DNA of 63,530 nt, filler included. It is 10 parts of 10 records of this genome, joined end to end, with 100 filler letters (N's around TTAATTAATTAA, not from the genome) between each part and the next. Parts side by side here need not be neighbours in the genome. Positions count along the whole stretch, not along the records: positions 1 to 9,008 come from SRR7504441_3305; positions 9,109 to 12,637 come from SRR7504441_3312; 8 more parts are not named here. The stretch is one strand, 5' to 3'. Positions 1 to 9,395 of the stretch are shown here, piece after piece (position 1 is the first letter of the stretch; each line of letters opens with the position of its first letter). Under the pieces are notes generated by a model, which saw only the letters and a list, made by a program, of their open reading frames with translations, did not search any database and was not told the DNA's origin. Made by a program: the position numbers and the translations under genes.

Positions 1-78
1 CCCCCCCCCCCCCGCTCCGGCCGCTCCGGCGCCAGTCCGGCCCAGCCGACCCCACCGGCGATCCGGCCGGGTGACCGG

Positions 79-2313
79 GTGTTCGTGGCGCCGTGGGGCC
101 CGTCGGCTTTGTTCACGGTCAAGCGGCTCACTCCGGCAGGGAACGCGCTGCTGCTCCCGATCGGGCCCGGCCGGGGGGAGGCCGAGGTGCCGGTCGACTC
201 GATCCGGCCGGCCGAAGAGAGCCAGCAGCCCGGACCGACCGGCCCACCCGCCGGGGCCTCACCGGATAGCCCGGACAAGCCGGCTGTGCCGAGCTCGGGC
301 CGGATTGAAGAGCAGCCGGCCGCCGAGCTGGCCAACCCGGGCTCAACGGAGGGCGACCCTAACCCAGATGGCAACCCAGCCCGGAAGGAGCGTGCCAGCA
401 GTGCGGGGGGGCGGTCCAAGAAGGCTGTGAGCGTCAGACCGCCCGGCGGCGAGTGGACCGTGTACAGCTCTCAGGGCGAGGCGGCCAAGGCTCTCGGGAT
501 CAACGAGGGTGCAATGAGCTCGATTATCCGAGGGATCAACATCAAATATTGCCAGAAGAAGCTGAAAGGCTACGAGTTCAAGCGGGGCGCCCCAACCAGC
601 CCGGCGCCGGAGCTGCCCGAGCCGCAAGAGCCCTCGCTGCTGGAGGAGATCCGATCGCTGGACCAGCCAGCTGAGCCAAACACAGAGCTGGACGTGCCGC
701 CGGGGGTTGAACCGATCACGTCGCTGCGAGATAAGGTGCAGGCGATGCTCCAAGAGCTAGGCAAGTACCGGAACGTCACTCAGCCCGAGATAGCGCGCGA
801 GTGCAAGGTGGACAAGCTCGACCTGTCGCTGTGGATGCGAGGGCTGCCGCTCACCTACTACAAGAACCATTGGACGCAGATGACCGAGGACGGGATGAAT
901 CAGGTGATGGCCGACTGGCTCCAGACGCACACCGGCAGGCTGGAGAGCCGCAATAAGCTGCACTGGATTGCGGTGGCCCAACAGCTGAGCAACCCCGATC
1001 TGGCCAAGTCGATTGGTGTCGACCTCTCTTATGTTGGCAAATACTTTAAAGGCGAGCCAGTCCCGGAGGCCCGGGCGAGCATGATCGCTGAATGGGTGCA
1101 GCAGCAGCCAGAGCCCAAGGAAATGAAGGAATGCCCCCAGTGCCAGACCAGCTTTGCCAACGCCAAGTCGATGGCAGCAATACGAGCTCACATGACTGCA
1201 CACAAACGCAACCCGAACCACATCCTGCCAGTCACCGAAGACAAGCCCAAACCGGTTGTCGGCGCGGCCAACTCAGGTGTGAAGAAACGGACAGAGCTCG
1301 AGTCACTGCTTGCAAATGCCAAGACGTTCCAAGACTTGCCAGCCAGCGGTACTGCAACGCGCTCGAATCCCAAGCAAGAGTCGCGTGCGCAGTGCAAGGA
1401 AGCAGCCACTGAGCAAAGCACGGCTGATTGGCTGAATCGCGAAAATATCCCAGAGGCGCTCAAGAGCCATGCTGACCCGAGCAAGGGGCTGCTGAAGCTG
1501 TTTGAAGCCCTGCTGAAGCTTGGACCCTCGACGGGGGCGGCATGCACTGCAGGTTTTACAGCCTGCATCGACCCATTGATCCAGCTGCTGCGCACGTCTG
1601 AGATGGTCACAGACCCACGGGGTGTCTTGAAAGCTCAGCGCGGGTTGTGGACTGTAAACGGTCTCGCTGCGTTGTGCCTAGCTAAGCTGGCCAAGCTCTA
1701 CAGTCATGAGAATCGGATCATGCGAGCCCTGGAGTCAGCGGGGCTCAAAACAATCTTGAACGATACCGCGCCAATGCTTTACAATGTTGTCACGCCAGAA
1801 CTTGTGATGCGTGGTGGGTATGGATCCGTCAGGACACACGAAGAGTATTTGCTCAAGCCTGGCAGCACCCGGAGGCGTGCTGCTATGTTACTGCATGAGG
1901 CCTTGTGCACCGACAAGAAGAGCATTTCTGCGATTGGGTTTGCTGTGATCGAAGGCACTGTAGCCGCCATGCAGACGATCCTTGAGCAGGAGGGTGGTTT
2001 TGCTCGGTTGCATAAATCCAAGGCTCAGCAGGCAGAACTCCATGCAGCAACCATGCTGCTCGACCGACTCGCACACGAGCCCCAGAATCTGGACTTGATG
2101 ACCAGTGCGGGGCTTGGAGGTGTGTGTGCTGCCTTGCTCACTGGTGCTTTTAAATCGGCGACTGAGGAAGCCTTTGCGGGGCGGGAGGCTCTCAAGCGGC
2201 TCATGAAGTGTACCTCTGGTAATGCTGATTCAAAGGGCATCTTCAAGAGCGATCGGGGGCCGACAGACGAAGCAGCTTGTATGCTCGAGGTGCCCGCCTA
2301 TACTCCTATGTGA
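79..2313 (+). CDS. Putative DNA-binding protein with NUMOD1/IENR1-like HTH, two XRE-like HTH segments, a C2H2-like Zn finger and a helical (ARM-like) region; probably 5'-partial and possibly spliced to 2425-4504
   Basis: 744-aa ORF containing KAVSVRPPGGEWTVYSSQGEAAKALGINEGAMSSIIRG...GYEFKR, TQPEIARECKVDKLDLSLWMRG, SNPDLAKSIGVDLSYVGKYFKG and CPQC-x15-HMTAH. Confidence 0.6.
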   Translation: MFVAPWGPSALFTVKRLTPAGNALLLPIGPGRGEAEVPVDSIRPAEESQQPGPTGPPAGASPDSPDKPAVPSSGRIEEQPAAELANPGSTEGDPNPDGNPARKERASSAGGRSKKAVSVRPPGGEWTVYSSQGEAAKALGINEGAMSSIIRGINIKYCQKKLKGYEFKRGAPTSPAPELPEPQEPSLLEEIRSLDQPAEPNTELDVPPGVEPITSLRDKVQAMLQELGKYRNVTQPEIARECKVDKLDLSLWMRGLPLTYYKNHWTQMTEDGMNQVMADWLQTHTGRLESRNKLHWIAVAQQLSNPDLAKSIGVDLSYVGKYFKGEPVPEARASMIAEWVQQQPEPKEMKECPQCQTSFANAKSMAAIRAHMTAHKRNPNHILPVTEDKPKPVVGAANSGVKKRTELESLLANAKTFQDLPASGTATRSNPKQESRAQCKEAATEQSTADWLNRENIPEALKSHADPSKGLLKLFEALLKLGPSTGAACTAGFTACIDPLIQLLRTSEMVTDPRGVLKAQRGLWTVNGLAALCLAKLAKLYSHENRIMRALESAGLKTILNDTAPMLYNVVTPELVMRGGYGSVRTHEEYLLKPGSTRRRAAMLLHEALCTDKKSISAIGFAVIEGTVAAMQTILEQEGGFARLHKSKAQQAELHAATMLLDRLAHEPQNLDLMTSAGLGGVCAALLTGAFKSATEEAFAGREALKRLMKCTSGNADSKGIFKSDRGPTDEAACMLEVPAYTPM

Positions 2314-2424
2314 TCACCTTTGGTGTTGCTAGGGCCGTCGTTCCCCGACGCGTTCGGATTGTCTTGCTCTCTCTGTCTCGGATCGCGTGAATGACTGTCA
2401 GGCTGAGGCCATGGAGGTGCATTT

Positions 2425-4504
2425 GTGATTCAGGCCATGGGTTCACCAAAACCTGGTCTGCAGGATTCAAAGCCAGATACTGATGAGCCCTTGCTGCCGC
2501 TTCTGGACTTTGACGAGGCTTCAGACACATGGAAAAAGGTATCATCTTCCCCAGCTGCATTTAATTCGGTTGGTTTGCAGCAGTGCTCTCGTGACAACGC
2601 ACAGCCGCTTCGAAAAAAGGACGAGGGGTTGAGCTGCCACACGTTACAGAAGCTACACGAGCACCCAGACCGAGACTACATCGGGCTAGATGTCTGGTGC
2701 GAGTTTGATGTGAGGTCTCAGCCCTGCCGCTCACAAAGTCGTGCATGATGCCGAATGTGCAGGCGTTATCGTGGCCAAGTGACCAGCCAGTCCAATGGAT
2801 GGATCCGAGTGGTCTTCTATGAAGACGACGAAGTCGAGGAATATCAAATCGCAAAGACAGATAATGAGGTATGGCTTGTGCAACAAGAAGGTTTTGAGTT
2901 GGCGACCTTCACTGCAAACGAAGACGACACAATTGCGGCGCTGGGCAGAAAACTTCGAGTCCGTCCAGACATCTTATTGCAACTGAATGTCCCCAGATAC
3001 AAAGAGCTAACATCAGGCGCTCGTTTGATGCAGGGCACAGAGCTGCTTGTGCCTGACCGTGGTGCGAAGAACTACAACCAGCCCTTAGGCTACAATACTA
3101 CGAAGCGAGTGAAGGTCTTCAACAAGCTTGAGCGACGTGTTGTTGGAGGCTGGGCTGGTAAACCAAGCCCGGCTGGCTGGAATCACTCAGTCTTGGTGGC
3201 AGCGCCACTGGAGAGGAATTTGGACAGTTACATGCGCCAGCATCCCCATTGCGAGGTTCTTACCTCTGATCACGACACTGTTGACGAGTTCACCATTCAA
3301 GCAAGTGCTACATGCAGACCTCTTACACGAGTGACACCCCAAGCAAACACAGGACCTCCGAGGAAATCGAGCAATGGAGGAGATGACAGCGACGAGGCCC
3401 CGGATGAAGGAGCTAGGGACAGGTTCAGGAATTTTGGCAAACGTGTGACAATTTATAACAGGACAACACAACAGGTGATCAGCGGGAACGCAGGTAAGCT
3501 CGCTAGCTGCCCACAGCCCTCTGACGTATGCTGTGTTACCAGCTCCGTATGAGAAAAACCTGGAGGAGTATCTGCGCCGGCACCCAGACTGTGAAGTCCA
3601 CACAGCTGGGCTGGAGTCGTCACAGTATACTCTGGCCGAATCCCGAAAGAGGGTTTTTGATGAGACCGTCATTGATCGAGACGACGAAATTCTCAGGCTG
3701 AACCAAGAGAATGCGGCACTGAGAGACCTGCTGCAAACCAAGGGAGTCGATGTGACTTCACACGCGCTCTCGGCTTGCCTGCAGAGCGTCACTCCGAATG
3801 AACCGAGCCAAGCGCCTCCTGCGCTTGCCAATGCTACCCATCCTGAAACTACCGCCACAACCAAGGCGCAACCACCTTCAGGGAAGCAAGCCTCAGGGAA
3901 GCAAGGCGTTTACGATCATTACAAGGGCGCCCAGACAGTAGATCAAGTCAAGAAGTTGTCGGCAGACGTGGCACGCCAAGGTTTGATCTGGCATCGGACT
4001 CTGACCGAAAGCACAGCACCTGTCAACGGCAAGCCGGGGCAGACCTTTGGCAAGACCCCCATTCTAGTGCCTAAGGAAGAGCAAGTGCAAGTGAAGATCG
4101 GCGATTGTACTGATGTGCAAGTCCTCGGCCAATCAGCAGTGCCGGCTGCAGTGCCGGCTGCAGTGCCAGCTGCAGTGCCAACTGCTGTGCCAACTGCTGT
4201 GCCGGCTGCAGTGCCAACTGTGGTGCCGGCTGCAGTACCAACTGTGGTGCCGACTGCAGTGCCGACTGGAGAACCGACTGCAGTGCCAACTGCGGTGCCG
4301 GCTGTGGTGCCAACTGCTGTGCCGACTGGAGAACCGGCTGTGGTGCCAACTATGGTGCCGACTGGAGAACCGGCTGGAGAACCGGCTGTGGTGCCAACTG
4401 TGGTGCCGGCTGCAGTCGACCAGCCAGCAGCACCTACTGCCACTCAATTCGTGACAAGTCAAGCTGCGATAGAGATACACATAGAAGATCCATCAGATCA
4501 GTAG
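2425..4504 (+). CDS. Spliced chromatin-type protein segment: Tudor-like, LysM-like, two BRK domains, coiled coil, VP[AT][AV] repeat tail
   Basis: YIGLDVWCEFD..YRGQVT..WIRVVFYEDDEVEEY; NEDDTIAALGRKLRVRPDILLQLN..LMQGTELLVP; RVKVFNKLERRVVGGWA|APLERNLDSYMRQHPHCEV and RVTIYNRTTQQVISGNA|APYEKNLEEYLRRHPDCEV after removing GT-AG introns 3158-3202 and 3494-3542. 5' end uncertain. Confidence 0.6.
4139..4418 (+). repeat. Coding 12-nt tandem repeat (GTGCCRRCTGCW-like, about 23 units) encoding VPAA/VPTA/VPTV/EPAV
   Basis: Directly visible periodic repeat. Confidence 0.95.
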
Positions 4505-4832
4505 AGACAATTCATGATACGGATCCATCAATTGGCCGCGTTTACACCTCGTCTCGATAAAGTATAGAACTAGATCTCGATTATGACCATTGAGGTCAAT
4601 TTTTCATCTACGACTTATAATACATGATTATTACAATTCAGAAAGAAAAGTCAAAATTACTAGCGATTAAAGAAATGTGCCTTAATTATGCCGGGCCTTT
4701 ATTAGTCTCTACGATCATGACATTGTACATCTAGATAATTATTTTGAAAGCATACAATCATGTAATCATGGATCCATTCATGTCTTTAATGGCCAGTGAG
4801 AAGCGCGAACACCTGTATAGGATGATGCGTGA

Positions 4833-6716
4833 TTAAATGTCTAGGTAACAAATGCTATAGTCCGGCACTTGCTGCAATGGGACTTTGATCGTCTGTTCTG
4901 CCAACCAGCGTAGCGGCTCGAGCTCACTCAGCTGGACACAGAGCTGCGCCTGCTCGTTGACCAGCTCACTGCACTGGCCGAGTATCTGCTGTGCTTCATC
5001 GCAGAAGAGCAGCTCGTGGAAGTGCCCGTCCAGCATCACCGCCACCCAATTGAGCAGCTGGTCGCCCAGAGCGCCCATGCAGTGCTCTTCAAGCTGCTCG
5101 TGCAGCCAGCCAAGCATCCGCACCACCTGCTCCACCGGCAGTGTGCGTACAGCCGCCAGCAGCGGCTTGCGGCTGCTGTTGGCCTGTACCACTCCCAGGA
5201 GCAGCTTGTCCGCCAGCTCTGGCTCCTGCTCGAGCCCCAGACTCAGGCAGCCGACCAGCTCGAGCTCCGGTATGTCGGCCACCCGATCCAGGCAGAGCAG
5301 CACCAGCTCGGTGGCCCCGGTCTCGATGCACCGCGGGAGCACCTCCGGGTGCAGCCGTCCGGACACCAGGCCACGATCGAGCAGAGCGTGCAGCGCGCCC
5401 GGGGCTCGGACCGGCGCACTCGAGCCACAGCACCGGCCGCAGATCAAATGCACCAGCTGGCCGGGCACAGGGCCCGGCATCCCGAGGAACTTGTCGGTCC
5501 GCTTGACCAGTTCGGCCTCGCTGGCGCCACTGATCGCCTCGACCGCTTTGTGGATTGCTGCGTCAGTCCAGGACTCGGCTTTGGACTTTGCAGCTCCGAA
5601 CATCAGGCTGTCCAGCTTCTTGGGGGCAAACGAGGCCGAGGCCCGGTCATTCGGCTGCCGGTGGGCACCCACGGCGGTGGCGAAGGACAGCAGCGGCAGT
5701 TGGAGTACGTTGCACTGCCAAACGTTGCCCGCACTCTGGACCAGCAGGTGCCCTCCGACTGGCTGCGCCGTCACAGGCTCAGACAGGTCAGCAAACTGGT
5801 CGGCGGTTGCGGCCGCATACAGCGTGCCGAACATGGTGTGCCACACGCGGGCGTCGGCCAGAGTAGCGGCTCCAGTGGCCGATTGCTCGAGGACACCGAA
5901 TGTGACCAGGGCCTCCGACTGAACAAACGCCATGGCTACATGCGAAGCCAGCGAGACCGGCACCGCGTAGTCCCAGCTCAGGCTATCGAGACCATTCCAT
6001 TGAGGGGGCGGCGGGGCGGAGTACCTGCACAAGTGTCCGGAGGACCATGCCACCGCACAGCCAGGCCCTACCTCCGCGCAGCTGGCAACAGCCATCAGCG
6101 TGGCGCTCGCGTGGCTGTGCGACGGCGGCGGGGCCAGCTCGAGGGTCCCGACCACCCGGAGCTCCAGCTCATCCATCTGCAGGCAGCACAGCCAGTATCC
6201 GGGCTGGCCGTGCAGCAGCAGAACTATCCGGGCCCGGCCCGGCTCCGGGAGCACATCGAGCACCTCCACCGGCTCGGGCCCACTGGCCGCCCGGAGCACA
6301 GGCCCGAGCTGCCCGTCGGCCGACCCGTCGGCCAGGCACACTTGGGCGTCTTGCATCACCACCAGGAACAGCCCGTCGAGCCCTATTGGAGCCAGCCGCT
6401 CGACCGGGGCCGGGGCCGTCATCACCCAGGAGGCCCCGAGCTGCTGGGTGTCGTCGTCGCTCGGCGACCCACAGAGCTTCTGCTGATTACGCACCACCAC
6501 CAGCCGCGGCGGTCGGGCGAGCAGCGCGCTACCGGCGGTGAGGGCGGTTTTGTGGTTGCCCGGGGGAACGACCCAATTGCCGACGCACTGCTGGTGCTTG
6601 AGCCCGTATAGGAGGACCCCGCCGTCCCGGATGGTCACGGCCGCCTGGCCGCCCTCCACGGCCACCCCGCGGATCCCAGCCTTGGCCACCAGCTCAGTGC
6701 ACTGCACCGTCAACAT
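4833..6716 (-). CDS. NOL11/Utp8-like nucleolar protein, intronless
   Basis: 627-aa ORF from ATG 6716. C-terminus LLNWVAVMLDGHFHELL...YSICYLDI resembles the NOL11/Utp8 C-terminal region. Confidence 0.65.
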   Translation of the reverse strand: MLTVQCTELVAKAGIRGVAVEGGQAAVTIRDGGVLLYGLKHQQCVGNWVVPPGNHKTALTAGSALLARPPRLVVVRNQQKLCGSPSDDDTQQLGASWVMTAPAPVERLAPIGLDGLFLVVMQDAQVCLADGSADGQLGPVLRAASGPEPVEVLDVLPEPGRARIVLLLHGQPGYWLCCLQMDELELRVVGTLELAPPPSHSHASATLMAVASCAEVGPGCAVAWSSGHLCRYSAPPPPQWNGLDSLSWDYAVPVSLASHVAMAFVQSEALVTFGVLEQSATGAATLADARVWHTMFGTLYAAATADQFADLSEPVTAQPVGGHLLVQSAGNVWQCNVLQLPLLSFATAVGAHRQPNDRASASFAPKKLDSLMFGAAKSKAESWTDAAIHKAVEAISGASEAELVKRTDKFLGMPGPVPGQLVHLICGRCCGSSAPVRAPGALHALLDRGLVSGRLHPEVLPRCIETGATELVLLCLDRVADIPELELVGCLSLGLEQEPELADKLLLGVVQANSSRKPLLAAVRTLPVEQVVRMLGWLHEQLEEHCMGALGDQLLNWVAVMLDGHFHELLFCDEAQQILGQCSELVNEQAQLCVQLSELEPLRWLAEQTIKVPLQQVPDYSICYLDI

Positions 6717-6989
6717 GACCCGAGCTCCGCCACGCACGCCGCAAGACAACAACGGCATAATAAACAATAATTCGGGCAGAGACCCAGATCCAAGGAGGTG
6801 GTGCGTGGTGCCGTGCCTTGAGTGCCTGTGCCGGGGTCTAATATCATCTTACATTAAAGACATTTATAGCCCGGCCCGGCGTGGAGCACGGGTAGTTACA
6901 TGGTCGTGTCCTGTATGGAGTCGAGGCGCAAAGCGTCCTCGCCGGCACAAAGCTCTTTATTCACTTTAGAGCTGTTGACTCGCTAAAGT

Positions 6990-7799
6990 TCATAATCGAG
7001 CTTGCTTATCTTGAGACACGACACTACAGCTGACTTGGTCGTCGGCCACCCGGACCTGGACCAGGTCGCCCGGCGCCACTCGGTACAGCCCGGCCGGCGA
7101 GGAGGTGATCACCACAGTGCCCGGCTGCCCGAGCAGCAGCACGTCCTCGCTCCCTCGCGGGCCGCCCGCGCGCTCCTTGGCCCGCAGCTCGGCACACAAC
7201 CACTCGAAGGTGCCCTGCGGCCCGCCGGGCAGCTCCGATAGGCTGGCCTCGCCCACTGTGGTTCCGTTGATCCGGACCGTACACAAGGCTCGGGCCGGCA
7301 ACGCGTCCAGCCTGCAGCGCCGCCGGCGGCTGGGCGCCACTATCCCGGCGTGGATCGCGTTCCGGGCCACAAGCTCGGCCGAGCTCGGCGGCTGGCCGTC
7401 CCAGGCGTAGTGGTGCAGCTCGATCACCGGGAACCACTCGACCTGCCACTCGCGCACCGCTGGCGGGCTGCTGTCCACCACCCGCACCCCCAGCTCGCCC
7501 TCCACCCCCAGACAACGGAACTGACCAGCGTCCACCGCCGCCCGGTCCGGCCAGCACTCGGGCTGCCACACGTACCCGCGCACCGGCTGATCCAGCCCAA
7601 ACTGGCTCTGGATGGCGTTGCTGGTGCACCCGACCTTGAACCCGGCCAGACGCTCGCCGCGGGCCAGCCGGAGATCGGCCACCGCCGCCTGCACCTGGTA
7701 GGCCGACTGCAGGCTCATCCGGCCGCCGGGCTGGCTGAACGCCCGGGTGGGCCGCAGCTGATCCGTGTCCTCCAACACCCGCGCCGCCACCTCGTCCAT
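6990..7799 (-). CDS. 2-keto-4-pentenoate hydratase (MhpD-like, FAH superfamily) with a PTS1-like end, intronless
   Basis: AYQVQ, GFKVGCTSNAIQSQFGLDQPVRG, VEGELG, IELH, ARNAIHAG; ends in -ARL. Confidence 0.8.
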   Translation of the reverse strand: MDEVAARVLEDTDQLRPTRAFSQPGGRMSLQSAYQVQAAVADLRLARGERLAGFKVGCTSNAIQSQFGLDQPVRGYVWQPECWPDRAAVDAGQFRCLGVEGELGVRVVDSSPPAVREWQVEWFPVIELHHYAWDGQPPSSAELVARNAIHAGIVAPSRRRRCRLDALPARALCTVRINGTTVGEASLSELPGGPQGTFEWLCAELRAKERAGGPRGSEDVLLLGQPGTVVITSSPAGLYRVAPGDLVQVRVADDQVSCSVVSQDKQARL

Positions 7800-7872
7800 T
7801 CGCCAAAGAAAAAGCTGGCAAAACTATGCACAAAACCGTGCTGAGCGTGCTCTGCAAAGAGGATGCAGCAGC

Positions 7873-8795
7873 ATGGAAGGTGTAGCTGACGAGGTGCTGT
7901 GGCTGGCGGCCGGGCTGGCGGCCGGGCTGCTGGTGCTGGTGCTGTCTGCCGAGCGGCGGGCCGGGATCCACCCCAGGCTGGCCGGCTGGATCACACGGCT
8001 CCGGGCGGCCCGATCCCCGGAGCCGACCCCGGAGCCGACCGGCGCCCCTGTCGGCGAGCCGAGCTGCCCTGTCTGCCTGGAGCCGTGGGCTGGCGGACCG
8101 GCCGTGCCGCTGGCCACCAACTGCGGCCACTGGTTCTGCGGTGCCGCCACTGCCCGGGCAGCAGCCAAGGGGGGCAGCTGGCTGCTGCAGGGCGATGGCA
8201 GCCAGCCCCCCGCCCGGCCGATCAGCCTCTGCCCCGATCCCGTGCCCGGTGCGCCTCAGCGCGGCCCGGGCCAGCCAGGCGGGCAGATCTGCCGCGGCCC
8301 GATTAATCTGCTGCTCCGGAGCGCCGGGACGCCAGGCGGGCCCCGGGCCGGACGGCGGCCAGCGGTGGGCAGGGCTGCCGGCGGAGCTGGCTCGGTTCGT
8401 AGAGAGATACAATAGAAGCCACTCGGGCAGGCCGGTGTCGTGGGTGCAGGGCCTGCGGGATGCGCCCTACTTGCTGCGCAGGTGCTGCTGCCCGCTGAGC
8501 CTAGCCCAAGTGTGCGATAGGCTGGCGCGAGATTTGATCGACCCAACCACCGGGCTCCGGCTGCTTTTCAGGTTGCGGCTGCTGCTAGCTCTTGGGGTGA
8601 CGTTTCTCTATCTCGTCTCGCCGCTGGATATCATTCCGGGTGCCCGGCCGGTGCGCCCTCGGGAGCGGCGCTGCAGAGGCGGTGTTTGGACTGATCGGGT
8701 ATCTGGACGACCTGCTCGTGATGCTGTTCGCCTTGTCGTGGGCCGCCATGGCCTACCGCGCGTTTGTAGTTAACCAACCGACCGGCCCCGGGTAG
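7873..8795 (+). CDS. RNF170: RNF170-like RING E3 ligase with DUF1232, 5 short introns
   Basis: N-terminal TM segment; CPVC..TNCGHWFC..C..CP|ICR; YNR...LRDAPYLLR; YLVSPLDIIP|EAVFGLIGYLDDLLV after splicing. Confidence 0.85.
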
Positions 8796-8985
8796 ATTCT
8801 TTCTTATACAAAGCATTGGTCATTGGCTAGTCTGACTAACTTCTTATTCTATCGTTCTATGCCTGAGTATCAAGCGGAGGATCATAACTACAAGTAGTTA
8901 GTACTAGTACGCGAGAGTATCGTATCGGTAGGTGTCAATAAGCGCAGGTCTAGTCAGAAAGGTCGGGTCCAACTAGCAAAAAGAG

Positions 8986-9008
8986 TCTCAACGGCCGGAA
9001 TCGAACCA
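8986..9008 (-). tRNA. 3' fragment of a tRNA, probably tRNA-Tyr, cut by the contig end
   Basis: Minus strand reads TGGTTCGATTCCGGC CGTTGAG A (T-arm, acceptor strand, discriminator A), then CTC and TTTTT (Pol III terminator). G72/A73 fits eukaryotic Tyr identity; the anticodon is not visible. Confidence 0.7.
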
Positions 9009-9108
9009 NNNNNNNNNNNNNNNNNNNNNNNNNNNNNNNNNNNNNNNNNNNNTTAATTAATTAANNNNNNNNNNNNNNNNNNNNNNNNNNNNNNNNNNNN
9101 NNNNNNNN
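9009..9108. other. Artificial contig linker 44N-TTAATTAATTAA-44N; also at 12638, 16741, 24734, 32548, 36259, 45260, 53028 and 58090 (100 nt each)
   Basis: Identical spacer with stops in all six frames, present nine times; genes are truncated at its edges. Confidence 0.98.
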
Positions 9109-9395
9109 ATTCTCAAAACTTAGTCGCTACTTCAATCAAGGCCATCCTTCCCCAAAAAATGTAATGCACTATGATGGATATTTTGAATACTTTTTAGTGC
9201 GTACTACTCATATGTGGTGATGCTTATTAGTGGTACACTACGTACGAGTATACAAGTATGATGCTGCCGTTTGTATGCCATTTGTGACAATCGAATGGAT
9301 ATGCAATGGACAATCGAGCTGGACGAGTGTTTCATGTCTCGATACCATCACAAAAGTCACTGCGTTGCTCACGGTCATTTGATTTTGGACAATCC

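Noticed and set aside
421-585. NUMOD1-like segment as a homing endonuclease or mobile intron
   Set aside because: No HNH, GIY-YIG or LAGLIDADG motif and no group I intron context is visible.
4139-4418. 12-nt periodic array as a CRISPR or as the Cys-rich ORF 4113-4454
   Set aside because: No unique spacers; it is a coding VP[AT][AV] repeat, and the other frames are shadows of it.
4885-6611. Long antisense ORFs (also 24998-26035, 56335-57504, 15735-16622)
   Set aside because: Shadows of GC-rich sense genes with no recognisable motifs.
9009-9108. Regularly repeated TTAATTAATTAA flanked by Ns, as a possible biological repeat or array
   Set aside because: Identical 100-nt artificial linker with six-frame stops; adjacency across it carries no biological meaning.
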